Assembly: GCA_044866955.1 (NCBI GenBank)
Contig: JBIOUH010000106.1
Location: 22,395 to 86,394 of the forward strand
Length of the DNA: 64,000 nucleotides
Source of the DNA: Steroidobacteraceae bacterium
GTDB lineage: Bacteria; Pseudomonadota; Gammaproteobacteria; Steroidobacterales; Steroidobacteraceae
Reading direction: 5' to 3'
Numbering within the stretch: position 1 is the stretch's first letter; each line of letters begins with the position of its first letter. Shown piece by piece: positions 19,424 through 29,444 of the stretch. The notes beneath the pieces are model-generated. The model saw nothing but the letters and a program-made list of their open reading frames with translations. It was not told the origin of the DNA and made no database searches. Position numbers and translations under genes: made by a program.

Positions 19424-19649
19424 GGCGATCTCCTTACTCTCTGTCTTCAACATCGTCCGCGTGATTGCGGTGTTCGTAAGTTCAGATGCGATACTCCTCT
19501 GAAAGGTTGCAGCTCCATAGAGCTTGCCGGCCAGTTGCAGCCGGTCACCGGCGAACCGCTGCAGGCCACGGCAGGCATGCGAAGCGCGGACACATCGGAC
19601 ACAGGAACGCGCCACTGGTTTGCCATAGTTGGCCGCCAGACTGTGACGC

Positions 19650-20540
19650 ATGACTCAGCGATTCTCGCGTCGCACGTTTTTTGCGGGCGCTGCGTCCACG
19701 TTGCTGGCGAATGCATGCGTGCATCGTTTCGCGTCTGCGCAGCGTGATTTTTCCACGGCAGTTGCTGCGATCCAGGCGCGCGTCGGCGGCCGCATCGGCG
19801 CTTACATGCTCGATACCCAGTCGCAGCTGGAGCTCGCGTTCAATGCGCGCGAGCGCTTCGCGATGTGCTCGACGTTCAAGGTGATGCTCGTTGCCGCGAT
19901 TCTGAAACGCGTCGAAGCGGGGGAGCTGTCGCTCGATGGTGGATTGCCAGTGCGCGAGCAGGACATGGTGCCGTATGCGCCGATCACGTCGAAGTACGTG
20001 GCAGCAGGCTCGATGACCGTGCGCGATCTGTGCGCGGCCGCAGTGACGGTTAGCGACAATGCTGCCGCGAACATCCTGCTCCAGCCGCTCGGCGGTCCCG
20101 CTGGACTGACGCAGTTCCTGCGCGACATCGGCGATCAGGTCACGCGGCTGGATCGCACGGAAGTGGAGTTGAACACGAACCTGCCCGGCGATCTGCGCGA
20201 TACGACAGCGCCGCAAGCAATGGTTGGGTCGATGCAGAAGGTGCTGGTGGGCGAAGTGCTGACGCCGCAGTCGCGACAACAACTGATCGCATGGATGCAG
20301 CAGTCGACTACTGGCTCGAAGCGCCTGCGCGCGGGGGTGCCTGCAGATTGGCGCCCTGGCGACAAAACGGGCAACGGCCGTAACGGCGCGGCGAACAATC
20401 TGCTGGTCGCGTGGCCGCCCGGCCGCTCAGCGGTGATCGCAGCGGTCTATATGAGTGAGTCGGTGCAGCCGGTCAGTGCGCTGGATCAGGCACACGCGGA
20501 GATCGGGGGGTTAGTCGCCGCAGCAGTCGCGCGGCAATAA
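19650..20540 (+). CDS. bla: Class A beta-lactamase with twin-arginine signal
   Basis: RFAMCSTFK (SxxK), SDN, omega-loop RLDRTEVELN, DKTG; SRRTFF Tat motif. Confidence 0.93.
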   Translation: MTQRFSRRTFFAGAASTLLANACVHRFASAQRDFSTAVAAIQARVGGRIGAYMLDTQSQLELAFNARERFAMCSTFKVMLVAAILKRVEAGELSLDGGLPVREQDMVPYAPITSKYVAAGSMTVRDLCAAAVTVSDNAAANILLQPLGGPAGLTQFLRDIGDQVTRLDRTEVELNTNLPGDLRDTTAPQAMVGSMQKVLVGEVLTPQSRQQLIAWMQQSTTGSKRLRAGVPADWRPGDKTGNGRNGAANNLLVAWPPGRSAVIAAVYMSESVQPVSALDQAHAEIGGLVAAAVARQ

Positions 20541-20552
20541 CCCCCGACGAAG

Positions 20553-21335
20553 CTACTTCCGCTTCGACTTGCCTTCGGCTTTCGGCTTCGCGTCCTTTTC
20601 GGCCTTCTCGTCGTCCTTGGCTTCGATCGTAATGCCGAGGCTCTCGAGCAGCTTGGCATCGAGCTCGGGCACGGCCGGCAGGTCCGTCGCATCGGGCAAC
20701 GCGGTTGTCGCGCGCTCGTGCAGCGTGACGCTGATGGCATGCAGATCGCGATAAGCAGGCGCCAGCTTCTCGCCGGCGGCCGCCTTGGTATCGGCCTGCT
20801 TCTTCTCCGCCCGCAGCGTGTTGAGCGAGGACTCGATCTCGCGGCGCAGATCAGCTTCTTCCTGCTTCTGCTTCTTGAGCACGTTCATCTTCTTGATGAC
20901 GTTCTCGGGCGTATCGGACAGCGCGGTGTTGATGGCCTTGAGCGCCTTCTCCTGCTCGGCGACGCGGTCCTTGAACTTCTGCAGTTCCTTGGCCGCGGCG
21001 GCGCGCTCGGTCGCCATTTGTTTGGCGCTGTTCTCCTGCGCGGTCTGCAGCTGCGTGACGCTCGCTTGCGCGGTGGCCAGCGCTCGCTCGCTCGCGGCTA
21101 CCTTGTTCTCCATCGCCGTGATCGTCGACTTCGCCTGCGCGCGTGCGTCGGCGGCTTCGGTCTCGGCCTTGGCGATCTTCTTCAGAACGCCTTCGAGGGC
21201 TGACTTGAGCTCCTCCTGGGAACAGTTGGGATCCAGCTTCAGCGCATCCGTCGCTGCGCGCATCAACATCTGTTTGCTGATGGCAAGTTCCTTCCAGACT
21301 TTCAATTGGAGCTCGAGTTCGGGTTGATTCACCAT
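20553..21335 (-). CDS. Coiled-coil hypothetical protein
   Basis: Long Ala/Glu/Lys heptad-rich helix and basic tail; AGGA RBS before ATG 21335. Confidence 0.8.
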   Translation of the reverse strand: MVNQPELELQLKVWKELAISKQMLMRAATDALKLDPNCSQEELKSALEGVLKKIAKAETEAADARAQAKSTITAMENKVAASERALATAQASVTQLQTAQENSAKQMATERAAAAKELQKFKDRVAEQEKALKAINTALSDTPENVIKKMNVLKKQKQEEADLRREIESSLNTLRAEKKQADTKAAAGEKLAPAYRDLHAISVTLHERATTALPDATDLPAVPELDAKLLESLGITIEAKDDEKAEKDAKPKAEGKSKRK

Positions 21336-21651
21336 TGATTCCTGAGGGTGTGGGCGTGACATGCGGGACGCGGATTGTAGTCGAAAAGTGCTGCGCTCGC
21401 GCCTACCCGACTGCTCCGTTGGGGGTATATGAAGCGCAGCCCGGGCCGATTCAATGACCGACGGGGACGGTCGGCCGAACCCCTACCCAGATGCTGGCTC
21501 CGGTAGCAATCGGCGCCAACTTTCGGTGGTGGAAAAGAACCCATAAGCGGTTGTCCGCACTGCGATGTCCACGCCCCGGCGAGTTACTTTGAATGCCTCA
21601 CGCCGCCGACTTCCTGTCGCGAGCGGCGCTTCGCTAAATCGGGGGATCTCT

Positions 21652-23742
21652 ATGCATGCTCGAATCTTTTCGGGCGTCGCGCTCGCAGCGACGCTGTTCT
21701 CGGGACTGTTGGCCGTCGGCGCCGCGTCGGCCGCTACGCCCGAGGAGGACATGATCGCGGCCGCGAGCAGCGGCAACGGCGCCAAGCTCGGGCCGTGGCT
21801 GACCAACGTCCAGCAGGAATATCAGACCAGCTCGAACAAGCGCGCGTTCCGTTCCCGCAATCCGGCGCTACGGGTGCAGAACGGGATGATCGGCGTCGAC
21901 CTGTACGCCAACGATGCGACCGGCTTGCGGCGCACCCTGGAGCAGTTGGGCGCGCGAAACATCAAGACGCATGGCCCGCTGGTCAGCGCGCAGGTGCCGG
22001 TCGGCAGCTTGGCGCAGCTGGGCGCATCGCCGACGTTGCGGTTTGCAATGCCGGCGCTCGCCAGGGTCCGCGTCGCCTCGCAGGGGGATGTCGTCAGCCA
22101 GGGTGACGTCAGCCTCGGCTCGAACACCGTCCGGACCACGACCGGGCTGGATGGCACCGGGGTGACGGTCGGCGTGATGTCCGACAGCTATCAATGCAAT
22201 CCGCCGCCGTTCGTGCCGGGTGCGCCGACGACCACGGCCGCGCAGGACGAGGCGAGCCAGGATGTGCCGCCGGGGGTCGAGGTGCTCGACAACGGCCCGT
22301 GCCCGGGCAGCGACGAAGGCCGCGGTATGGTGCAGCTGGTGCACGACGTGGCGCCCGGCGCTTCCCAGAAGTTCCACACTGCTTTCAACAGCCTCGTCGA
22401 CTTCGCCGACGGCATCCTCGAGCTGCAGGAAGCCGGCTCGAACGTCATCGTTGATGACGTCATCTACTTCGCCGAGAACATGTTCTCCGACGGCATCATC
22501 GCGCAGGCGGCTGATCAGGCTGTCGCCCGCGGCGCCACTTACTTCTCATCTGCCGGCAACCAGGCTCGCCTGTCGTACGAGTCCGAGTACCGCGAAGTGC
22601 CGGTGCCGATCAACGGCGGCGGCAACAACAACGGCAAGGGCGCACCGTTCGTCCTGCCGTCGCAGGATTTCGATCCCGGCGCCGGGGTCGATACGCTGCA
22701 GAAGGTCCATGTGACAACGGACGCGAACGGCCAGGCCTTCATCGTGTTCAGCCTGCAGTGGGATCAGCCGTTCCTGTCGTCGACCGCGTACGCGCAGGCC
22801 ACCGACCCGAACGGCGGCGCACCGCGCGGCGCGACCGGCGATCTCGACATGCTCATCTATACGGACAAAGGCGTGCTGGTGCCGCGCTGTCCGCCGGGCA
22901 CGTCCACGGGCATCACCTGCCAGCTCCCGGGAACGCGCAACATCGGCGGCGACGCGGTGGATCTGACGCTGCTGTTCGTCGGCGGACCGAAGTCCAAAAC
23001 CAACGACTTCTTCATCCGGATCGCGCGCGTCGCCGGCGAGGCGCCCAAGCACGTCAAATACGTGTGGTTCGAGAACCAGGGAACGTTGGACGTCGTGGAG
23101 CACGATACCCTGAGCGGCACGGCGTACGGCCATGCGAACGCCGCCAACGTTGCGTCCATCGGCGCGAGCTCGTGGTATCTCACCGAGGAGTTCGACGGCT
23201 ACTTCTCGAGCCTGGTGCAGGACGCACCCGGCGCGTGCCTGCCGGCCTGTCTCAACGACTTCTCGTCGGCGGGCGGCATCCCGACCTATCTGGACAAATA
23301 CGGCGCGACGCTGGCCGTCCCCGAGCTGCGGCCGAATCCGCGCGTAACCGGTCCGGACGGCGGCAACACGACGTTCTTCCTCGCCGACTCCTCGTTCGAT
23401 GATGACGACGGCGACGGTTGCAACAGCCCGACCAGCACCTTCATCACGCCGTGCCTGGACAATCCCGCCGACGAATTGCCGAACTTCTTCGGCACGTCGG
23501 CTTCGGCGCCGCATGTCGCAGGTGTGGCTGCGCTGATGCTGCAGAAGAACGGTGGGCTGGGAGCGGGGCAGATCTACAGCATTCTGCGCGCGACGGCGGA
23601 AGACATGACGAAGCGGGAAGTGCTGGTCGTGCCGGGGCCCGGCAACTCGATCTTCTCACCGCTCCCGGCGGGGTTCGACTTCGATTCGGGGGAGGGCTTC
23701 GTGGATGCGGCCGCCGCGGTGAGCGCCACGCCGAACCCGTAG
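21652..23742 (+). CDS. Secreted S8 (subtilase) serine peptidase with Glu at the His position
   Basis: Signal and pro region; GVTVGVMSDS, DEGRGM, SSAGN oxyanion motif, FGTSASAPHVAG. Confidence 0.88.
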   Translation: MHARIFSGVALAATLFSGLLAVGAASAATPEEDMIAAASSGNGAKLGPWLTNVQQEYQTSSNKRAFRSRNPALRVQNGMIGVDLYANDATGLRRTLEQLGARNIKTHGPLVSAQVPVGSLAQLGASPTLRFAMPALARVRVASQGDVVSQGDVSLGSNTVRTTTGLDGTGVTVGVMSDSYQCNPPPFVPGAPTTTAAQDEASQDVPPGVEVLDNGPCPGSDEGRGMVQLVHDVAPGASQKFHTAFNSLVDFADGILELQEAGSNVIVDDVIYFAENMFSDGIIAQAADQAVARGATYFSSAGNQARLSYESEYREVPVPINGGGNNNGKGAPFVLPSQDFDPGAGVDTLQKVHVTTDANGQAFIVFSLQWDQPFLSSTAYAQATDPNGGAPRGATGDLDMLIYTDKGVLVPRCPPGTSTGITCQLPGTRNIGGDAVDLTLLFVGGPKSKTNDFFIRIARVAGEAPKHVKYVWFENQGTLDVVEHDTLSGTAYGHANAANVASIGASSWYLTEEFDGYFSSLVQDAPGACLPACLNDFSSAGGIPTYLDKYGATLAVPELRPNPRVTGPDGGNTTFFLADSSFDDDDGDGCNSPTSTFITPCLDNPADELPNFFGTSASAPHVAGVAALMLQKNGGLGAGQIYSILRATAEDMTKREVLVVPGPGNSIFSPLPAGFDFDSGEGFVDAAAAVSATPNP

Positions 23743-23771
23743 CGCCGAATCCTCGGCGAAGGGCAGCTGGG

Positions 23772-24653
23772 TCAGCGGGCGGCTTGCGCCAGCTGGCCCG
23801 GCTCCGCGCCGGCTTCCATCCACTTGCGGATGCGGCGGGCGTCCGCGACGCGCGTGTACTTGCCGAAGGAATTCAGCAGCACGATCAGCACCGGGCGCTC
23901 GCGAATCACGGTCTTCATGACCAGGCACTGGCCGGCGTCGCTGGTGTAGCCGGTCTTCTGCAGCAGGACGTCCCAGTCAGCCTTCTTCACCAGCGAGTTG
24001 GTGTTGCGGAACTCGAGCAGGTGCCTCCCGACTGCGACGGTGTGGCTAGCGCTGGTCGAGTACATGCGGATCGTCGGATTGGCGGCTGCTGCGGCCACCA
24101 GCTTGGCCAGGTCCGCGGCGCTGGAGACATTGCCGCTGGACAGCCCGGTCGGATCGGTGAAGCGGGCGCTCTTCATGCCCAGGGCACGCGCCTTGGCATT
24201 CATGGCCTTGATGCACGCCGGCAGGCCGCCTGGGTAGGCCCGGGCCACGGCGTGCGCTGCGCGGTTCTCCGAAGACATCAGCGCCAGGTGCAGCAGGTCG
24301 CTCCGGCTGAGCTTGTTGCCGATTGCCAGTCGCGACGCGGAGCTGCGCTCCAGGCGTCGGTCGGCCACGGACAGCTCGATCATCTCGTCGAGCGGCTGGT
24401 CGGCATCGAGGACCACCAGCGCAGTCATCAGCTTGGTGATCGAGGCGATCGGCACGACGCGCTCGGATTGCTTTGAATACAGCACCGAGGAATCCACGGC
24501 GTCCAGGACGATCACCGAGCTGGAGCGGACGTCGAGCTTGCCGAGGTGCAGCGGTTTGACCGCGTCGGACGCGGTCCCGGCCGGGGAAGCGAAGGTCAGG
24601 GCAGGCGCCAGCAGCAGGGCCAGCAGGGCTCGTCGCCAGGAATGCATCCGCAT
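23772..24653 (-). CDS. pbpG: D-alanyl-D-alanine endopeptidase (PBP7, peptidase S11)
   Basis: PIASITKLM, MSSEN, DPTGL, KTGY, LNSFGKYTR. Confidence 0.85.
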   Translation of the reverse strand: MRMHSWRRALLALLLAPALTFASPAGTASDAVKPLHLGKLDVRSSSVIVLDAVDSSVLYSKQSERVVPIASITKLMTALVVLDADQPLDEMIELSVADRRLERSSASRLAIGNKLSRSDLLHLALMSSENRAAHAVARAYPGGLPACIKAMNAKARALGMKSARFTDPTGLSSGNVSSAADLAKLVAAAAANPTIRMYSTSASHTVAVGRHLLEFRNTNSLVKKADWDVLLQKTGYTSDAGQCLVMKTVIRERPVLIVLLNSFGKYTRVADARRIRKWMEAGAEPGQLAQAAR

Positions 24654-24922
24654 CGCAGCCTATTCGTGTTTTGAGCTGTGTTGGCGCGAGGATAAACGAT
24701 CTTTGTGAGCCCGAGTGTGAGCTTTTCCCTGTTTGGGCCCCTGCACGGTCACCCAGAACGCTCGACGTGGCGCTCGACTGCAACCTTTTGGCTCCGATAG
24801 CGCGTCCAACCCCCGCATCAGCCGCCGACGGCCGGCGGCGGAGCTTTGCAACTAAAGGACTGCGCCGGTGTTCTGGACGGGCGGTCGCAATGGACCAGGC
24901 CGGACATCCGCGGGGACAGGCA

Positions 24923-26221
24923 ATGACAACGGCAAACAAGCACTTCGTTCGTTCCGATGCTGTCGAGGAGAGCGCGCCGACGCTGGCAAGCGTCACGCCT
25001 TTTCCGCGCGCGCCCGATGCCGGGGTCGATTACAGCCAGGCGGCGGCGCAGCCGGCGTCGGCTTCCGGTCGAGGCTGGCACAAGAAGGCGCTGATTGCGG
25101 CGCTGGTGGCGATCGTCGCCGGCGTCGTCGTCTGGATTGCGACGCGCGAGCCGGCCACAACGCCGACCGCCGCTGCGGCGGAGGCGAAGCCGCTCGAGCT
25201 GGCGGCCGTGGACGTCGCGACCGTTGCGATGCAGACGCTGTCGCGCTCGTTGCCACTGTCCGGTTCGATGTCGCCGATCGTGCAGGCCACGCTGAAGTCG
25301 AAAGTCGGCGGCGAAGTCGAGCTCGTGCCGCTGCGCGAAGGACAGGAAGTACGCGAGGGCGAAGTGCTCGCGCGCATCGACACGCGCAACCTGCAGGCGC
25401 AATACGATCGTCAGCTCGCCGCGGTCGAACGCGCGCGGGCGGACCTGCAGCTCGCCACGCTGAATCGCGACAAGAATCGCACCCTGCTCGAGAGCCACTA
25501 CATCTCGCAGAACACCTACGAAGCCACCGAGAGCGCCCACGCAGGCATGGTGGCGAACCTCAAGCTCGCCGAAGCGGACGCGCGCCTGGCGAAGATCAGT
25601 CTCGATGACGCCGTCGTGCGCGCGCCGTTCCCCGGCACGGTCGCCAAGCGTCACGTGCAGCCGGGCGAGAAAGTGTCGCCGGACTCCAGCATCGTCACCC
25701 TCGTCGATCTGCGCCAGATGGTGCTGGAAGCGGCCGTGCCGGCCGGAGACATTCCGGCGGTCAGCATCGGGCAGCGCGCACGTTTCAAGGTGGGCGGCTT
25801 CGGCGCTCGCGAGTTCGACGGCGAGGTGCAGCGGATCAACCCGATCACCGCCGACGGCTCGCGCGCCATCACGGTCTACATCGCCGTGCCGAATCCGAAC
25901 CAGGCGCTCAAGGGCGGCATGTTCGCGCAGGGCGCGCTCACGCTCGACAACGTGGCGCCCGTGCTGGCGGTCCCGCAGCGGGCCGTGCACGAAGAGGCCG
26001 GCGCCGCATTCGTCTACACGCTGCGCGACGACAAGATCGTTCGCACGTCCGTCAACGTTGGCGTCGCGACGCCCGGCAGCGCCTACGTCGAAGTGCGCGA
26101 CGGCCTTGCCGCCGGCGACCGCGTCATCGTCACCGAGATCACCGCCGAGCAAGTCGGTCAGAAGGTGCTCGTTCGTAACGAGTCTGCCGGCTCCGCGTCT
26201 GCACTATCCGCCAACCGCTAA
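24923..26221 (+). CDS. RND efflux periplasmic adaptor (membrane fusion protein)
   Basis: TM anchor, lipoyl halves (REGQEVREGEVLARID, RAPFPGTV), LKGGMFA; adjacent to RND permease. Confidence 0.92.
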   Translation: MTTANKHFVRSDAVEESAPTLASVTPFPRAPDAGVDYSQAAAQPASASGRGWHKKALIAALVAIVAGVVVWIATREPATTPTAAAAEAKPLELAAVDVATVAMQTLSRSLPLSGSMSPIVQATLKSKVGGEVELVPLREGQEVREGEVLARIDTRNLQAQYDRQLAAVERARADLQLATLNRDKNRTLLESHYISQNTYEATESAHAGMVANLKLAEADARLAKISLDDAVVRAPFPGTVAKRHVQPGEKVSPDSSIVTLVDLRQMVLEAAVPAGDIPAVSIGQRARFKVGGFGAREFDGEVQRINPITADGSRAITVYIAVPNPNQALKGGMFAQGALTLDNVAPVLAVPQRAVHEEAGAAFVYTLRDDKIVRTSVNVGVATPGSAYVEVRDGLAAGDRVIVTEITAEQVGQKVLVRNESAGSASALSANR

Positions 26222-26241
26222 CCGCTACCGATTCCAGTCCC

Positions 26242-29200
26242 ATGTGGATCACCAAGACCAGCATCAACCAGCCCGTCTTCGCGACCATGATCATGCTCGC
26301 GCTGGTCGTGCTCGGTCTGTTCTCCTATCGCCTGCTGCCGGTCGAGGAGATGCCCGAGATCAGCATGCCGGAGGCGTACATCACGGTGGAGTATCCGGGC
26401 GCCTCGCCCGAGGCCATCGAGGACGAGGTCGTCAAGCCGCTCGAGAACGTCATCAACTCGATCGATGGCGTCCGCAACATCTACGCCACGGCGCGTGAAG
26501 GCCGCGCTTTCTTCCAGATCGAGTTCCGCCTCGAAACGGACGTCATCGCGGCGACGCAGGAGATTCGCGACAAAGTCGCACAGATCCGCGCGACGCTGCC
26601 GCGCGAAGTGCGCGAGCCGCAGATCGAGCGCGCCAGCAGCGAGAGCCAACAGGGCGCGGCGGTCGAGCTGGTCGTGTACTCCACCACGCGCAGCCTGCGC
26701 GAAGTGTCGACGCTGGTCGAGCAGCAGATCGTCAAGCGCCTGCAAAATGTCTCCGGCGTCGGTCACATCGACGTCGGCGGCTCGGTGCAGCGGCAGGTGC
26801 AGGTTTTTCTGCGGCCGGAGCAGCTGCAGAGCCTGCGCGTCGGCGTCGACCAGGTGATCGCGGCGATTCGCGCCGAAAACCAGGACCTGCCGGCCGGCGC
26901 CATCTCGCGCGCCGCCAGCGAGCAGCTGGTGCGCGTCGAGGGCCGCATCAAGGATCCGCGCGGCTTCGAGCGCATCATCGTGGCCAACCAGGGCGGCGCT
27001 CCCGTGTACCTGGGCCAGGTGGCCGATATCGTCGACGGTGAGCAGGAAGAGCAATCCATCGCGCGCGTCGACGGCATGCGCTCGGTTTCACTCTCCGTCT
27101 ATCGCGCGCAGCAGGCGAATCTCGTCAAAGTGGGCGCCGGCGTCGAGGAAGCGATCGCCGAGCTGCAGGGTCGCCTGCCTTCGGACGTCAAGATCCGCAC
27201 GCTGTGGTCGGATGCGAAGTGGATCGAAGGCTCGCTCGACCGCGTCAAGGAGACGATCTTCGAAGGCGCGCTGCTGACGATCCTGATCGTGTTCCTGTTC
27301 CTGCACTCGTGGCGCTCGACCGTGATCACCGGCCTGACGCTGCCGATCTCCGCGATCGCCACGTTCACGGCGCTGCACTTCTTCGGCTTCTCGCTCAACT
27401 TCATGACGCTGATGGCGCTGTCGTTGTGCATCGGCCTGCTGATCGACGACGCGATCGTCGTACGCGAGAACATCGTGCGCCACTCGAACATGGGCAAGAG
27501 CCACCGCGAGGCGGCGCTGCAGGGCACGCAGGAGATCGGCGTCGCCGTGATGGCGACGACGTTCGCGATCCTGGCAGTGTTCATCCCCGTCGCGTTCATG
27601 AGCGGCGTCATCGGCCGCTTCTTCCTGCAGTTCGGCATCACGGTGGCGGTCGCAGTGTTGGTGTCGCTGTTCGTGAGCTTCACGCTCGATCCGATGCTGT
27701 CGTCGATCTGGCCGGATCCGTCCGAGGGACGCTTCCGCCGGCTGCCGTGGCTCGGTCGCATCATGGAGCGTGTCGAAAACGTGGTTGAGCGCGCGCACGT
27801 CGTGTACGACCGGCTGCTGAACTGGACGCTGAGCGGGCGGCGCTATGCGCGCTTCTTCAGCCCACGCACGCTGCTGCTGGGCATCGCCGGGCTGACGTTC
27901 ATCGGCAGCTTCATGATCGTGCCGCTGATCGGCACCGAGTTCGTGCCGCAGCAGGACGAAGGCATGGTGTCGATGCGGTTGAACACGCCGATCGGCTCGA
28001 GCCTGGAATACACCGACGCGAAGATCCGCGACGCCGAGGCGGCGATCCGCGAGATCAAGGGCGTCGAGGCGATCGTGACGACCGTCGGCACGGACGAAGG
28101 CAAGAACTACGCGCGCCTGACGGTAGTGCTCGCGGACCTCAAGACCAGCAAGCGTCCGCCGCAGTCCGAGTTCGAAAACATGATCCGCGAGCGCCTGACG
28201 CGCATGGCCGGTCTCACGGTCTCGATCAATCAGAACAACCGCCCGGTGGCGATCTCGCTGCTCGGCCCGGACAGCGCCAAGCTCACCGAGCTGTCGCAGC
28301 AGCTGATGGCGCAGCTCCAGAAGGTTCCGGGCATCGCCGACCTCGAGAGCAGCGAGAAGGGTGCGAACCCGACGATTGCAGTGCGCATCAACAACGAGCT
28401 GGCGAGCGACCTCGGTCTCACGACTGCGGCGATCGGCAACGCGCTGCGGCCGCTGATCGCCGGCGACGACATCAGCACCTGGCTCGGCCCGGACGGCCAG
28501 GACTACGACGTGATCGTGCAGCTGCCGAAGCATCGTCGCGAGATCGCGGCCGACCTCGGCGATCTGTACGTTGCCAGCACGCGCCTCGACGCCAACGGCT
28601 CGCCGATGCTGGTGCCGCTGCGCCAGGTCGCGGAGTTCGTCGAGACCGGCAGCCCGCAGCAGATCAAGCGTCTGAACCTGCAGCGTCGCATCTCGATCTA
28701 CGGCAACGCGCAGGGCCGTGCGTCGGGCGACGTCGGCTCGGACGCCGAGCGCGTGGTCAAGGCGATGAAGTTGCCGCCCGGCTATCGCTTCGATCTCAGC
28801 GGCGGTCAGCAGGAGATGAACGAGACGTTCAGTGCAGCGCTCGCAGCGCTCGGCCTCGCCGTGATCTTCATCTACCTGGTGCTGGCGTCGCAGTTCGGCA
28901 GCTTCATGCAGCCGATCGCGATCATGGTGTCGCTGCCGCTGTCGCTGATCGGCGTGCTGCTCGCGCTGCTGATCACCGGCACTACGCTCAACATCTTCTC
29001 GATCATCGGCTTCATCATGCTGATGGGCCTGGTGACCAAAAACGCGATTCTGCTGGTCGATTTCACCAACCAGGCGCTGCGCCAGGGCCGCACGCTGCAC
29101 GAAGCGATCCGCGAAGCCGGTCAGGTGCGCCTGCGTCCGATCCTGATGACCACCATGGCGATGATCTTCGGCATGCTGCCGATGGCGATCGGCGTGGGGC

Positions 29201-29373
29201 AGGGCGGCGAGATGCTCGCGCCGATGGGCCGCGCGGTGATCGGCGGCGTGATCACCTCGACTGTGCTGACGCTGCTGATCGTGCCGGTGCTCTACACGTA
29301 CCTGTATCGGCTCGGCGAGTGGGTCAAGACGCTGCGCCAGCGCAAAGCGGCGGCTGCCGTTCAGCCCTTGTAG
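26242..29373 (+). CDS. RND efflux permease (AcrB/AcrD/AcrF family)
   Basis: 1043 aa; YPGASPE, GLLIDDAIVVREN, KNAILLVDF, RLRPILMT. Confidence 0.95.
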   Translation: MWITKTSINQPVFATMIMLALVVLGLFSYRLLPVEEMPEISMPEAYITVEYPGASPEAIEDEVVKPLENVINSIDGVRNIYATAREGRAFFQIEFRLETDVIAATQEIRDKVAQIRATLPREVREPQIERASSESQQGAAVELVVYSTTRSLREVSTLVEQQIVKRLQNVSGVGHIDVGGSVQRQVQVFLRPEQLQSLRVGVDQVIAAIRAENQDLPAGAISRAASEQLVRVEGRIKDPRGFERIIVANQGGAPVYLGQVADIVDGEQEEQSIARVDGMRSVSLSVYRAQQANLVKVGAGVEEAIAELQGRLPSDVKIRTLWSDAKWIEGSLDRVKETIFEGALLTILIVFLFLHSWRSTVITGLTLPISAIATFTALHFFGFSLNFMTLMALSLCIGLLIDDAIVVRENIVRHSNMGKSHREAALQGTQEIGVAVMATTFAILAVFIPVAFMSGVIGRFFLQFGITVAVAVLVSLFVSFTLDPMLSSIWPDPSEGRFRRLPWLGRIMERVENVVERAHVVYDRLLNWTLSGRRYARFFSPRTLLLGIAGLTFIGSFMIVPLIGTEFVPQQDEGMVSMRLNTPIGSSLEYTDAKIRDAEAAIREIKGVEAIVTTVGTDEGKNYARLTVVLADLKTSKRPPQSEFENMIRERLTRMAGLTVSINQNNRPVAISLLGPDSAKLTELSQQLMAQLQKVPGIADLESSEKGANPTIAVRINNELASDLGLTTAAIGNALRPLIAGDDISTWLGPDGQDYDVIVQLPKHRREIAADLGDLYVASTRLDANGSPMLVPLRQVAEFVETGSPQQIKRLNLQRRISIYGNAQGRASGDVGSDAERVVKAMKLPPGYRFDLSGGQQEMNETFSAALAALGLAVIFIYLVLASQFGSFMQPIAIMVSLPLSLIGVLLALLITGTTLNIFSIIGFIMLMGLVTKNAILLVDFTNQALRQGRTLHEAIREAGQVRLRPILMTTMAMIFGMLPMAIGVGQGGEMLAPMGRAVIGGVITSTVLTLLIVPVLYTYLYRLGEWVKTLRQRKAAAAVQPL

Positions 29374-29440
29374 GCCGGGGCGCAGCGCATCCTGCGCCCG
29401 CACCACTCGCGCATCCTTGCGCAGCAGCTTTAGCCCGACT
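29370..29440 (+). repeat. Composite GTAG-type REP-like palindrome, copy 1
   Basis: GTAGGCCGGG...GCTTTAGCCCGAC with internal CAGCGCATCCTGCGC...CGCGCATCC; similar to 33671-33745; lies between convergent genes. Confidence 0.7.
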
Positions 29441-29444
29441 CCTT

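Noticed and set aside
21340-21650. ncRNA in the long divergent intergenic region
   Set aside because: No recognisable RNA family motif or terminator; the length is explained by two divergent promoters.
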